From Acidimicrobiales bacterium AG-410-I20 (GTDB taxonomy: Bacteria; Actinomycetota; Acidimicrobiia; Acidimicrobiales; MedAcidi-G1): DNA of 64,000 nucleotides. Under the pieces are notes generated by a model. It had not been told where the DNA came from and did not search any database. It worked only from the letters and a program-made list of their open reading frames with translations. The position numbers and the translations under genes are program-made. The stretch spans positions 7,571 through 71,570 of the forward strand of contig CATISD010000115.1 in the NCBI GenBank assembly GCA_949538625.1. The letters run 5' to 3'. Positions 50,504 to 61,059 of this stretch are shown piece by piece (the first letter of the stretch is position 1; every line of letters begins with the position of its first letter).

Positions 50504-52036
50504 CTAATCATCCCTTTTGTTTTCTTCTAGTCTTTCTAGCAATTCTGCAACTGAATTTGAAGTTTCTAGTAGCTCTTCAGTTTGTTGTCGTGTTCCTCTC
50601 AATGGCTCCAACATCGGAACTCTTTGCAGATTCTTCTCGCCGGAATCAAAGACTAATGAGTCCCAATTGGCACTGACAATATCTTCTGGCCATTTCGTTA
50701 AGCACTTTCCTCTGAAATATGCCCTGGTGTCTTCCGGTGGGTTCTTTACGGCGAAATTACTTTCTGTTTCTGGAATCAAAATTTCCTGATTAACCTTTTT
50801 GAACAGTGACTTATGCGGGCGCAGATCGTGGTATTGAAGATCTATTGCTGCGAGTTGTGGATCTGTTGAATTAATCTTCTTTCGTTCTTGGAATCCGTCC
50901 AATATGTGCTTCTTCGTGACCCAGTCGAGAACCCCTACAAGTGATTCCAAATTGTTTGGAGAATCAAGGCTGGTAAGCACTTTTTCCCACCAATGGAGCA
51001 CCAGTTTTGCAGATTCTCCTCCTATATTTTCTGTTCCGAACTTGTCAACATACTCTTTAGCTTGGCCGTACAACCACCATTGAATTTCTAAAGCAGTACT
51101 TGTGGAACCATCGATAAGTTCTAATGGGGTTTTTAATTGCAGGTCAAAAGAAACTTGTTGAAGCGAATGCACCGGATCCTTGAATCGGATTGTTTTATTT
51201 AGCACTTCGGCTTCAATCATGCTTAGAACAATTGCTGTCGTGCCTACTTTGAGAAAAGTTGCGACTTGGCATAAATTTGCGTCTCCAACAATTACATGTA
51301 GTCTTCGATACTTTGCTGGGTCAGCATGTGGCTCATCACGAGTGTTAATAATGGGTCTCTTTAGTGTTGTTTCCAGCCCTATCGGCTCTTCAAAAAAATC
51401 CGCTCGTTGTGTTATCTGAAATGAGACATCGCTTCTACTGTGGCCTGGGATTTCACATCCAACTTTTCCTGCCCCGGTGAATATTTGTCGGGTGATGAAG
51501 TGAGTAGTTGCATGATCAGTTATGCGGTCAAACGACGTGCCCCTGTTTACCAGATAGTTTTCATGACATCCATAACTGTTCCCTTTACCATCAGAGTTAT
51601 TTTTGTAAACGACTAGTTCTTGCCCAGGTGGAAGGATTTCTTTTGCCGCCTCCATGGAAGAAATTAGAATTTGATCTGCGGCGCAATCATATTTAACGAC
51701 TGATAGCGGGTCTGCGCATTCTGGGGAACTTAATTCTGGATGTGCATGGTCTACGTAATATCTTGACCCGTTAGTTAATACGGCATTTACCATGTGTGCT
51801 TCTATCTCTGGGGCTATGGATTCTGGTGAGTCAAAGCCGCGGAGATCCTTGTCTGGTGTTTCATGAATGAAATCCCATCCCGGTCGCGGTGCACTTGGAC
51901 CTCTATCTGCGGATGAATGAACATGCAAGTAGGCGTTGATTAAGAGAGAAGATGCAATGATTGGATTTGGATCTGTGATTCCCTTATGGATAATTCCATA
52001 CTCTGTTTCTATCCCAAAGGTCTTCTTCACATTCAC
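50504..52036 (-). CDS. dop: Depupylase/deamidase
   Basis: [28 protein letters not shown] and SANWDS. Confidence 0.95.
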   Translation of the reverse strand: MNVKKTFGIETEYGIIHKGITDPNPIIASSLLINAYLHVHSSADRGPSAPRPGWDFIHETPDKDLRGFDSPESIAPEIEAHMVNAVLTNGSRYYVDHAHPELSSPECADPLSVVKYDCAADQILISSMEAAKEILPPGQELVVYKNNSDGKGNSYGCHENYLVNRGTSFDRITDHATTHFITRQIFTGAGKVGCEIPGHSRSDVSFQITQRADFFEEPIGLETTLKRPIINTRDEPHADPAKYRRLHVIVGDANLCQVATFLKVGTTAIVLSMIEAEVLNKTIRFKDPVHSLQQVSFDLQLKTPLELIDGSTSTALEIQWWLYGQAKEYVDKFGTENIGGESAKLVLHWWEKVLTSLDSPNNLESLVGVLDWVTKKHILDGFQERKKINSTDPQLAAIDLQYHDLRPHKSLFKKVNQEILIPETESNFAVKNPPEDTRAYFRGKCLTKWPEDIVSANWDSLVFDSGEKNLQRVPMLEPLRGTRQQTEELLETSNSVAELLERLEENKRDD

Positions 52037-52073
52037 CGAACTGACCTTAATGTCAACGGAGAGGTAAGTGGCG

Positions 52074-53801
52074 TCAGAGATATTGGCCAGTAGCTACTCC
52101 GTCGATAGACCTTCCACCGGTCTCATCTTCATCGCTACTCACAAGCGTTCGAACATAGATTATTCGTTCGCCTTTCTTTCCAGATACCTTCGCCCAGTCA
52201 TCAGGATTTGTTGTATTTGGAAGGTCTTCATGTTCGCGGAACTCTTGTCGAACGGAGCGAATTAGATCATCAGTATGAATGCCCTCTCTCCCGCCTGCGA
52301 GTTGGCGTTTAATGGCAAGAGTTTTAGCTCGTCGGACTATGTTCTCCACCATTGCTCCTGAAGCAAAGTCCCGAAAGAAAAGTACTTCTTTGTCGCCATT
52401 TTGATAAGTGACCTCTAAGAAACGATTACTCTCTTTATCGCTATACATTGCTTCCACAGTTTCATCAATCATCGCGAGCGCGGCTTTGTTGCGGTCTCCG
52501 CCGCCAAGAGTTGTGATGAGCTCGGAGTCAATTGGTAATTCAGGCACGAGGTATCGTGAGAAAATTTTTGCTGCTGCCGTTGCATCTGGTCGGTCAATTC
52601 GGATTTTAACGTCCAAGCGGCCCGGTCTTAGAATGGCTGGATCAATAAGGTCTTCACGATTTGAAGCCCCTATAACAATCACATTATTTAATGCTTCAAC
52701 CCCATCGATCTCTGCGAGTAATTGAGGAACAATAGTTGACTCTATATCTGAACTAATTCCGGTGCCGCGGGTTCTAAATAAGGATTCCATTTCATCAAAG
52801 AAAACAATTACAGGCCAGCCCTGTTCAGATTTCTCCCGTGCCCTTTCAAAAATTAATCTGATTTGACGCTCAGTCTCCCCAACATACATATTCAAGAGTT
52901 CTGGCCCTTTAATATTCAAGAAGTAACTTGGGGCATTCTTTTCTCCAGATACCTCAGCAACCTTACGGGCTAAAGAGTTGGCGACTGCTTTGGCAATTAA
53001 TGTTTTCCCGCATCCAGGGGGCCCATAAAGCAAAATACCTTTTGGGGCGGGCAGAGAGTACTCTGAAAATAACTGCTTATGGAGAAACGGCAATTCAACA
53101 GCGTCAACTATTTTTTCGATTTGTAGATCCAGACCCCCTACGTCTTCATAAGTTACGTCTGGGACATCCTCCAACAATAATGTTTCAACTTCTGGACGCG
53201 GCAACCTTTCAAGCAAGAGTCCGGACCTCGAATCAAGCATCACTGAATCTCCGCTTCTTAGGCGAGGGCTGTCTTTTCCTATTAGGTCTCCTGCTAGTTC
53301 AACAACTCGTTCTTCACCGTTATTAGCGACAACTACAGCTCGCTCACTATCGGAGAGAACTTCTTTAACTGTTGCTACTTCTCCTAGAAAATGCGGCTTT
53401 CTTGCCATAACAACGTTCATCGCCTCATTAAGGACAACTTCTTGCCCGATGCCGAGGTCACTACCCACTTCAGGAGATACGGTTACTCGCATTTTTTTAC
53501 CAGAAGATTGCACATCAATGCTGCCATCTTCATTAATTCCAACAACCGTTCCGTAAGGGGATGGCGGTTTTGACAACTGTTCGATTTCTTCACGTAAGTC
53601 AGATACGCGTTGACGTGTCATCTCTAGTGCGTCGTCCAGTTTCTGATTTCGATCTATAGCGTCGCGAACTTCTTTTTTTGTTTCACGAAGTTCGGTTTCA
53701 AGGTCATGAATTTGCACAGGAGCATCAACAAGTCGTCGTCTTAAATCAGCGACTTCTTCTTGAATTCGCTCCAATTCTGAATTTTCTTCCTCAGAAGCCA
53801 A
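52074..53801 (-). CDS. arc: Proteasome ATPase ARC/Mpa
   Basis: N-terminal coiled coil, OB domains, GPPGCGKT and C-terminal GQYL. TTG start at 53801 follows GGAGG. Confidence 0.96.
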   Translation of the reverse strand: MASEEENSELERIQEEVADLRRRLVDAPVQIHDLETELRETKKEVRDAIDRNQKLDDALEMTRQRVSDLREEIEQLSKPPSPYGTVVGINEDGSIDVQSSGKKMRVTVSPEVGSDLGIGQEVVLNEAMNVVMARKPHFLGEVATVKEVLSDSERAVVVANNGEERVVELAGDLIGKDSPRLRSGDSVMLDSRSGLLLERLPRPEVETLLLEDVPDVTYEDVGGLDLQIEKIVDAVELPFLHKQLFSEYSLPAPKGILLYGPPGCGKTLIAKAVANSLARKVAEVSGEKNAPSYFLNIKGPELLNMYVGETERQIRLIFERAREKSEQGWPVIVFFDEMESLFRTRGTGISSDIESTIVPQLLAEIDGVEALNNVIVIGASNREDLIDPAILRPGRLDVKIRIDRPDATAAAKIFSRYLVPELPIDSELITTLGGGDRNKAALAMIDETVEAMYSDKESNRFLEVTYQNGDKEVLFFRDFASGAMVENIVRRAKTLAIKRQLAGGREGIHTDDLIRSVRQEFREHEDLPNTTNPDDWAKVSGKKGERIIYVRTLVSSDEDETGGRSIDGVATGQYL

Positions 53802-53954
53802 GGTTCCTCCAGATACTAAATAACCATTGAGCCGTGACCTTACCGCAGTTAGTGACAAATGTAACGATTAAGCCGCACAACTTTGCCAAAGAATTATGTA
53901 TTATTAATAAAAGAAAAGTTGTATAACTTTTATTTTGGAGATGGAGGGACTCTA

Positions 53955-54197
53955 ATGTCTTTGAAAGTATGGATAGACCAAGATCTTTGCACAGGCGATG
54001 GACTCTGCGAAGAGATAGCGCCAAGCGTATTTGCCATGCTTGATGATGGTTTGGCTTATGTGAAAGATGGAGACAAGATCTTAAGCGATCCGGGTGGAGC
54101 AGATGCAGTCGCCCCTGTTCCTGAAGACCAAATAGAAGCAACAATTGAATCTGCTGAAGAGTGCCCGGGTGAATGCATCTTCATTGAAGTTGACTGA
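53955..54197 (+). CDS. Single-cluster ferredoxin
   Basis: CTGDGLC...CPGECI; ATG at 53955 follows GGAGG. Confidence 0.92.
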   Translation: MSLKVWIDQDLCTGDGLCEEIAPSVFAMLDDGLAYVKDGDKILSDPGGADAVAPVPEDQIEATIESAEECPGECIFIEVD

Positions 54198-54230
54198 TTT
54201 GATTTAGTTTTCAGAAATTTTAATTAAGTT

Positions 54231-54258
54231 AAAGGACCGCCTTAAAGGCGGTCCTTTT
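54231..54258. terminator. Bidirectional intrinsic terminator
   Basis: AAAGGACCGCCT-TAA-AGGCGGTCCTTT hairpin between convergent genes. Confidence 0.85.
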
Positions 54259-54279
54259 AGTTTTCTGCCCTGCGACTTC

Positions 54280-55035
54280 TTAGCGACATTCTGTGAAAAT
54301 TGCTTCTGGATTCTCTAGCAATTCACCAATCAAGTTGTTTAGTTCATTAGTTTGAACAGCGTATGCAGTTGGGGCACCGCCTTTAACAGAAGAGAAGGCC
54401 ACCCCTACAACTTCCCCCGAGTTGTTAATCACTGGTGAGCCAGAGTGGCCAGGATCTACATCCATTGCAAGTACTAACGCGTCTCGCCCTGAACCAGGTT
54501 CTCCATATATGTCCGATCCCGTGGCTCTTATATGTTGCGACACTTGACCCGGTCGCCATTCTGACTCCCCATTTTTATCATGTCCTATGAGCGCTACATT
54601 TTCTCCATCTCTAACGCTGGACAGTTCTAGTCCAGGCATTTCATGTGAGCCGATATCAAGAATTGCTAGATCACGAACAGGGTCAAAAGCAATTACAATC
54701 GCTTCAATCTCTTCTGGAGATTCATTTACGGTAACAAGAGGATTTCTGATTCCTGCTACTACATGAGCGCTGGTTACCACCACTCCATTCTTTAGCGAGA
54801 ATCCTGAACCAAATTGGAACCTAGGGCAATCACTTCCTTTAATTGCAACTGTGGAAGTCTTCACTTGGTTAATTATTTCCGTATTGAACTCTTTGATGTC
54901 AGGAACTGAAGTCTCTACTTGCCCATAGTTTCCCAGTTGGTCGTCTGAATTCTTATCATTACTTGAGTTGGGCATCAAAAGCGTAGCTGTAACCACAATT
55001 ACGACTATCACTAACGCCGATACTGCTTCTTTCAC
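54280..55035 (-). CDS. Membrane-anchored trypsin-like serine protease (MarP-like)
   Basis: TSAHVV, DLAIL and PGHSGSP triad; N-terminal TM. Confidence 0.88.
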   Translation of the reverse strand: MKEAVSALVIVVIVVTATLLMPNSSNDKNSDDQLGNYGQVETSVPDIKEFNTEIINQVKTSTVAIKGSDCPRFQFGSGFSLKNGVVVTSAHVVAGIRNPLVTVNESPEEIEAIVIAFDPVRDLAILDIGSHEMPGLELSSVRDGENVALIGHDKNGESEWRPGQVSQHIRATGSDIYGEPGSGRDALVLAMDVDPGHSGSPVINNSGEVVGVAFSSVKGGAPTAYAVQTNELNNLIGELLENPEAIFTECR

Positions 55036-55808
55036 GTACTTAATAATCTCGCATGAGTGAGGAACGCTGTATGAGCCACCATTCTGTGATCAGGTCTGAC
55101 TGCAGGACCTTCTATATGCCAAGACCTATTTAATACTTCAATAGTCTCTATTAGTGCAAAATTATTTTCCTCAAGGGCGTCTTTAAATTTTGCTGCTTGG
55201 ATGATGCTAGGAGTGTAGGCGAGGATGATACCTCCGGAACGAAGAGATTCTTTTGCGTGTGGAACCACATTCCATGGTTCGGGCAAGTCAAGAACCATGC
55301 GGTCAAAATCTTTCTCCTCTATTCCTTCGTAAACGTCATTTATAGAAATGTGATAGCGCTCTAAAGCTTCTTCTCCAAGCGCATCTCTGATATTTTTCCT
55401 AGCTCTTTCTGCGAAGTCTTCTCGTATTTCATATCCGGTAACATCCGCTCCAGCTCGAAGCATGGTCATAGAAAGAGCGCCAGATCCAATTCCAGATTCA
55501 AAAACCCTTGCACCGGGAAACAGGTCAGCGAGCATAAGGATTGGACCGAGATCTTTCGGGTATATTACTTGAGCTCCACGCGGCATCTTCAAAATAAAGT
55601 CTGACATTGTTGGATGGACTACAGAGAATATTCCACCGCGGTTAGAGCGCACACTTGTTCCGTCAGCCATACCAATAATTTCGTCGTGTGAAACCACACC
55701 CGTATGGGTATGAAACTCTCCGCCTTTTTTAAGTTCTACTAAATAACGTCTTTTTTTAGCATCGATGAGTAAAACTTGATCGCCTTCCGTGAAGTCTCTT
55801 TCACTCAT
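55032..55808 (-). CDS. trmI: tRNA (adenine-58-N1)-methyltransferase
   Basis: MPRGAQVIYPKD, ESGIGSG, LDLPEPW and RPDHRMVAHT. Confidence 0.95.
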   Translation of the reverse strand: MSERDFTEGDQVLLIDAKKRRYLVELKKGGEFHTHTGVVSHDEIIGMADGTSVRSNRGGIFSVVHPTMSDFILKMPRGAQVIYPKDLGPILMLADLFPGARVFESGIGSGALSMTMLRAGADVTGYEIREDFAERARKNIRDALGEEALERYHISINDVYEGIEEKDFDRMVLDLPEPWNVVPHAKESLRSGGIILAYTPSIIQAAKFKDALEENNFALIETIEVLNRSWHIEGPAVRPDHRMVAHTAFLTHARLLST

Positions 55809-56031
55809 TTTCCGACAACTTCTCTTCTGCCGCTTTTGAGTGCCGTATTTCTAATGCTCCGCCTTCTGGAATTTTCTCACGATGCACTACTACTCCTGGC
55901 CCCTTTTTCACAGCCTTCATTAGCAATCTTCCAATAACAAGTAGTGCAAGAGCTATTCGCCAGCCTCGGTGTCCCCCAAATAGGCCTTTAAATAAGCTTT
56001 TACGTAAAAGTTTGCTAGAGGAGAACGGCAT
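55801..56031 (-). CDS. Small hypothetical membrane protein
   Basis: One TM; tightly packed with neighbours. Confidence 0.6.
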   Translation of the reverse strand: MPFSSSKLLRKSLFKGLFGGHRGWRIALALLVIGRLLMKAVKKGPGVVVHREKIPEGGALEIRHSKAAEEKLSENE

Positions 56032-56033
56032 AT

Positions 56034-56237
56034 TTATATCCGGCGAATCTCTACTGTCGTCGAGTTGAGGCGTCCGACTCGACGGCCAAGAAAATATGCA
56101 ACTGTTAGCGCTACTCCAGCAACTACAGCGATTCCAGCGAAAATCGAGTTTCTACCGCCAGGTATACGATTTTCAGCTTCCCCTAAGATTTCGCCCAAAC
56201 TTTTTTCAAGATCTTCTTGAGTAATTCTGTATGCCAT
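56034..56237 (-). CDS. Small hypothetical tail-anchored protein
   Basis: C-terminal TM followed by GRR. Confidence 0.65.
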   Translation of the reverse strand: MAYRITQEDLEKSLGEILGEAENRIPGGRNSIFAGIAVVAGVALTVAYFLGRRVGRLNSTTVEIRRI

Positions 56238-56243
56238 ATAACT

Positions 56244-56528
56244 TTATTTTTCTTTGATTTGCCGGAGAGTGATTATTGAAACAGCTACTAATGCTGCTGC
56301 TGAAAGGAGATACGGCACCCATGACCACCAGTTTTCAAAAACTTCGGTTGCTTGTATTCCTCTAAGTGTCCCAACAGCCAGAAGAACGAGTCCAGAACCT
56401 ATCAATAATGATCCAACGATGCCATAGGCGAGAAAACGCCCGACAGTGCGAAGTGGGTCTACTAGTTCCTGCCGTAAATAACTTTGAAATAGTGTAACGA
56501 CGTCATCGTTTGCATTTTTCTCTTTCAT
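56244..56528 (-). CDS. Small 2-TM protein (holin-X/YqjE-like)
   Basis: YLRQELVDPL followed by two TM helices. Confidence 0.6.
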   Translation of the reverse strand: MKEKNANDDVVTLFQSYLRQELVDPLRTVGRFLAYGIVGSLLIGSGLVLLAVGTLRGIQATEVFENWWSWVPYLLSAAALVAVSIITLRQIKEK

Positions 56529-56589
56529 GGTACATCTACGCTATCTGGAAGGATCGCGTGCTACTAACTTACGAATGCAAGGTCCGAAG

Positions 56590-57501
56590 TTAAGGAGCTA
56601 GCCGTTCCCGGTCTATGTGAAGACGCAGAACGTCTGGGCGGCTGTAATGGCCTGTTGGATCAAAGTTTTGTCGCTGTCGAGATACTTCACTCAAGTCTAA
56701 GTCAGCCCAGATGATGCCTTTTTCGCCACGGTTTGGTTCTACGATCCACTTACCATCTGGTCCAGCTATGCAGGTGCCGCCATTGTGGTACTTATCTTGT
56801 TCTCCAAGTTGGCCTAGAAGTGGAAAGTCATCAGGAACCATTGCTGCGTCATAAATTGCTCCAACGCTCACAACGAATAGGCGTCCTTCTTTAGCTATAA
56901 ATCGGGTTATGTCTTCGGTTAACCCAACGGAGCCGGGCCAAGCAGCGAAATGAATTTGTGAACCGGTCTCATACATTGCGGTACGCGCTAAAGGCATCCA
57001 GTTCTCCCAACAATTGAGGCCAGTCAATCGAACACCGTTATGTTCGTGGGCCACCAGGCCTGCCCCATCTCCATCTGCCCAAACAAGGCGCTCGCCATAA
57101 GTTGGTTTGAGTTTTCGGTGTACACCCACAATTCCTAATGTGGGATCTATAGCCACTAAGGAGCAATAAACAGATCCGCCGGAAACTGCTCTCTCAACTA
57201 CACCCAAATAAGTAAACGCACCAGAGTTTTTTACTGTTTCGACAACTTCAAGAAACTCTGGACTTCCCAAATCTACAGACTCTTCAAGATAACGAGCGAA
57301 TGCTTCTTGTTGGTCGTATTTTTCCCAAGCAGAGGCATCTGTAACATCTATCCAAACTGGGTAACCAGATACAAAAACTTCCGGAAACGCAATTAAATCT
57401 GCACCGCCCGAACCTGCTTCAATTATTCTTTCTTTGACAAGATCTAGAGTTGCTGCCCGATTCAAATAAACCGGGGAATCTTGAACTGCTGCTACTCGCA
57501 T
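56590..57501 (-). CDS. Nitrilase / carbon-nitrogen hydrolase
   Basis: FPE, HRKLKPTYGER, CWENW (E-K-C triad) and DPTGHYSRPD. Confidence 0.92.
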   Translation of the reverse strand: MRVAAVQDSPVYLNRAATLDLVKERIIEAGSGGADLIAFPEVFVSGYPVWIDVTDASAWEKYDQQEAFARYLEESVDLGSPEFLEVVETVKNSGAFTYLGVVERAVSGGSVYCSLVAIDPTLGIVGVHRKLKPTYGERLVWADGDGAGLVAHEHNGVRLTGLNCWENWMPLARTAMYETGSQIHFAAWPGSVGLTEDITRFIAKEGRLFVVSVGAIYDAAMVPDDFPLLGQLGEQDKYHNGGTCIAGPDGKWIVEPNRGEKGIIWADLDLSEVSRQRQNFDPTGHYSRPDVLRLHIDRERLAP

Positions 57502-57535
57502 AAGTTGACCTTTCCTTTACTTATACTTATCGCGT

Positions 57536-58975
57536 TCAGTTAGTTACTACAACAGGGATTGGAACTAGAAGACTAAGAGGCGGACCGGTTGGGTAAGCAA
57601 CCAAATCTAGAATGAGTTGATCATGCACTTCCAATACATCTGATGGCATTGGGTCTGCATTTGAAATCAGAGCAAAGGTGAGTGTTCTATCTTCTAATGT
57701 ATAGACAATCCCCGCCAGACTTTTTACATCATTCAACGTTCCTGTTTTCCCAAATAAGCGCCCTTCTGCAGAGGACCCGACAAGTCTGTTCCGTAGTGTT
57801 CCGGACTCTCCAGCTACGGCGAGACCTGTACGTAAATCACTTGAAAATTTCTCGTCTTGGAGCAATTCAACCAACGTGGAGCAAGAGACCCTATTCGCAG
57901 GATCTAATCCAGAACCGTCAAAAACCGCTAATGAACTTGCATCAGTCGCCAAAGAAGCAACTATTTCTTCTATGACTTGACGTCCAGAATTTGTCGAACC
58001 ATCACTTCCTGAGTGAGCACCTAAGGCTTTGACAAGGATTTCTGCTGTGGTGTTATCACTAGTCTGGAGCATCTGTTTTACGAGCTCAGATACTGGAGGA
58101 GACTCCACTTCTCCTAATTTGATGATTGCGTCTATTGGAAGTTCATCAGCGTATGCGCTTTGAAAAATTCGCACTGCTCTTTCTTCTAACAAATCATCAA
58201 ACAGTGCCGCTGCGAACTGCGCAGGTTCCGCAGCCGGAATATTTAAGGAATTCGCTGTATTCTCTGCATCCCAGTTCACAAAACCATCATTCACGGAAAG
58301 CGCACTTAAAGGCCCTGTTTGGTTTTGAGCTCCGGCTCGAAACCGCTCTGGCCAAGACTCGACCCAACGTATTTGATTGAAATAAGTCTCATCACCTATT
58401 ACCGCTCCCGTAATTGTGTTGATTCCACCCTCAATTAGTTGCTCCGCTAGGTCCTCAAGATCCGTATAGGGGAAAACATCAAGATACCTTTCTGCATAAT
58501 CAGACGTCATTAAAAGAGGGTCTCCCCCACCAACTAGCCATACATTTCCATCAATCACTCCGTCGCTGGATTCACTTTGTGCGAATACTTGAGTTTTGAA
58601 AGTGTAGTCAGTTCCGAACTCTTCCAATGCTGCTACTGCAGTTATCAATTTCTGAGTGCTTGCAGGTATCAACGCAGAAGAGGAACGATGTTCGTAACGA
58701 ATTTCACCGCCTTCAACTACCGTAAAACAACTTTGCTCTGGAAGTCCACCAACTATTTCATCAAGACTTGCCACTAATCGTCGATTCGCTTCTGGAGTTT
58801 GCAATTGCTCCGGTAAACGTCGCGCAGACAGCAATGGAGTTGAGAGCCGAGAAGGAGCAGGTTCTGACGCAACGAGTGCTGGACGATCAGCATCTTTGTC
58901 TGCCGCTTTTGATTGCATGAACAGGCCGATTGCCAATATTGCAAGCACAAGTGGAAAAATTAATCTACGAATCAC
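57536..58975 (-). CDS. dacB: D-Ala-D-Ala carboxypeptidase/endopeptidase (peptidase S13)
   Basis: PASTQK (SxxK), SDN and KTGT. Confidence 0.93.
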   Translation of the reverse strand: MIRRLIFPLVLAILAIGLFMQSKAADKDADRPALVASEPAPSRLSTPLLSARRLPEQLQTPEANRRLVASLDEIVGGLPEQSCFTVVEGGEIRYEHRSSSALIPASTQKLITAVAALEEFGTDYTFKTQVFAQSESSDGVIDGNVWLVGGGDPLLMTSDYAERYLDVFPYTDLEDLAEQLIEGGINTITGAVIGDETYFNQIRWVESWPERFRAGAQNQTGPLSALSVNDGFVNWDAENTANSLNIPAAEPAQFAAALFDDLLEERAVRIFQSAYADELPIDAIIKLGEVESPPVSELVKQMLQTSDNTTAEILVKALGAHSGSDGSTNSGRQVIEEIVASLATDASSLAVFDGSGLDPANRVSCSTLVELLQDEKFSSDLRTGLAVAGESGTLRNRLVGSSAEGRLFGKTGTLNDVKSLAGIVYTLEDRTLTFALISNADPMPSDVLEVHDQLILDLVAYPTGPPLSLLVPIPVVVTN

Positions 58976-59090
58976 TTAATACATATTAGATGAACAGTAA
59001 GGTCTGTGTGATGCAGTTCAAAATGATTACCCACTCTTGTGCTTCTCTCCGATAATGTGACCTTCAGTACATTTATTTCAGAAATATTTT

Positions 59091-61052
59091 ATGACTACTA
59101 GTGAAATAGAAGACCTCGCAATCAAAGTAATAAGAGGTATCAGTATGGATGCCCCTCATGCTGCTCGATCGGGCCACCAAGGTACCGCAATGGCTCTTGC
59201 TCCGCTTGCGCATGTCCTGTGGACCCGTATCTTGAGTTACGACTCTTCGGACCCTTCATGGCCTAATCGTGACCGGTTCATTCTTTCTGCTGGTCATGCT
59301 TCCATTCTTCTTTATTCAATGCTGTACCTGACTGGATATGACTTGACATTGGATGATCTAAAGGATTTCCGTCAGTGGGGATCTCTAACTCCTGGTCACC
59401 CAGAAGCTGGACATACTTCTGGAGTTGAGGTAACTACGGGGCCCTTAGGTCAAGGAGTTGCTAACGCTGTCGGGATGGCTGTGGCCGAGCGTAACCTCAG
59501 GGCAAGATTTGGCGAAGATGCCTGTAGCCATTACACCTACTTCTTTTGCGGTGATGGAGACCTTGCAGAAGGAATAAGTCATGAATCCGCTTCTTTCGCT
59601 GGACATCAAAAACTAGGTCGGCTTATTGGGGTTTACGACGATAACCATATTTCCATTGACGGTCCGACAGAATTAGCTCTTTCCGATGATGCGGTAAAGC
59701 GTTTTGAGGCATACGGATGGCATGTGATTGATCTAGGAGAAGCTAGTGAAGATCTAGATGCTATTGAGAATGCTTTTCATCAGGCGAAATCCGATGTTGA
59801 GAGACCTTCACTTATTATTCTTCGTACTCATATCGGCACACCATCTCCTGATGTTGACACTGCTGATGTGCATGGTTACTCCTTAAAAGACGACAAAATT
59901 GCAGATACTAAGAAGAAGATGGGGCTTCCAGAAAATGAAACTTTTTACTGCCCGCAAGAAGTTTTAGATTTTTATCGCACTGCGGGAAGAAGAGGAGCAT
60001 CTGCCCGAGATGAGTGGGTTGAATCTTTGAAAAATACTTCAATCAATTTGGAATCTTGGGAGGTATCTCAGGCGGGAACTGGTTTACAGGACTGGAAAGA
60101 ACACGTCCCAAGTTGGGAAGCCGGAGAATCGGTCGCTACTAGAAAAGCGTCAAATATTTGTTTTCAGACCCTCTCCGAATTTATTCCTGGCCTTATAGGC
60201 GGTGGCGCTGACTTAACTGGGAACACTGGCACTTCTTTAGACGGGTTTGGAGTTCAAAGTGCGGAGTGTCCAGAAGGGCGACAAATCTACTTTGGAGTAA
60301 GAGAGCATGCCATGGGGGGAATCTCCAACGGAATTGCGCTCCATGGTGGTTTCATCCCCGTTAACGGAACTTTCTTTGTCTTTGCTGACTACATGCGGGC
60401 ATCAGTTCGACTTGCCGCTCTTAGTGGTGCAAAAAATATTTTCATATGGAGTCACGACTCCGTGGGTGTTGGGGAAGATGGACCCACACATCAACCGGTA
60501 GAACATCTTTCTTCCTTGCGGTCTATGCCAAATCTACAGTTGCTTCGTCCTGCCGATGCGAATGAGACAGCCGCCGCTTGGGTTCTTGCCATAAACCACT
60601 CTGGGCCAACTGGATTGATACTCACACGCCAGGATGTACCGGTTCTAGATGGGACTGGCGATATCAACAAAGTTGCCAAAGGTGCCTATGTTCTTTCTGG
60701 TGAAGACCTTTCTCCTGAACTCGTCATAATTGGGACCGGGAGTGAAGTAAGCGTTGCTCTTGAAGCAGCTGAATTAATTAAAGAGCGGGGAGTGAACGTC
60801 CGAGTGATATCAATGCCCTGCATGCAACTGTTTGAAAATCAAGATGCGGAGTACAGATCTAGCGTTCTCCCCGAAGGCGTCCCGGTTATTTCCATTGAAG
60901 CGGGTAGCACGTTTGGATGGCATCAATGGTCTGATGTCCAAATCGGCATCGATCGATTTGGAGCTTCTGCACCTGGAGAAACTGTCATGGAAAATCTCGG
61001 TATCACTCCAGAGGCTGTTTTGGCAGCCGCAGAAGAGTTAACTAAGAGGTGA
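59091..61052 (+). CDS. tkt: Transketolase
   Basis: RDRFILSAGH, TTGPLGQG, GDG...YDDN and GEDGPTHQP. Confidence 0.97.
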   Translation: MTTSEIEDLAIKVIRGISMDAPHAARSGHQGTAMALAPLAHVLWTRILSYDSSDPSWPNRDRFILSAGHASILLYSMLYLTGYDLTLDDLKDFRQWGSLTPGHPEAGHTSGVEVTTGPLGQGVANAVGMAVAERNLRARFGEDACSHYTYFFCGDGDLAEGISHESASFAGHQKLGRLIGVYDDNHISIDGPTELALSDDAVKRFEAYGWHVIDLGEASEDLDAIENAFHQAKSDVERPSLIILRTHIGTPSPDVDTADVHGYSLKDDKIADTKKKMGLPENETFYCPQEVLDFYRTAGRRGASARDEWVESLKNTSINLESWEVSQAGTGLQDWKEHVPSWEAGESVATRKASNICFQTLSEFIPGLIGGGADLTGNTGTSLDGFGVQSAECPEGRQIYFGVREHAMGGISNGIALHGGFIPVNGTFFVFADYMRASVRLAALSGAKNIFIWSHDSVGVGEDGPTHQPVEHLSSLRSMPNLQLLRPADANETAAAWVLAINHSGPTGLILTRQDVPVLDGTGDINKVAKGAYVLSGEDLSPELVIIGTGSEVSVALEAAELIKERGVNVRVISMPCMQLFENQDAEYRSSVLPEGVPVISIEAGSTFGWHQWSDVQIGIDRFGASAPGETVMENLGITPEAVLAAAEELTKR

Positions 61053-61059
61053 CTTAGTC

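Noticed and set aside
56244-56528. Holin as evidence of a prophage
   Set aside because: No phage genes nearby, and holin-X-like proteins are common chromosomal genes in actinobacteria.
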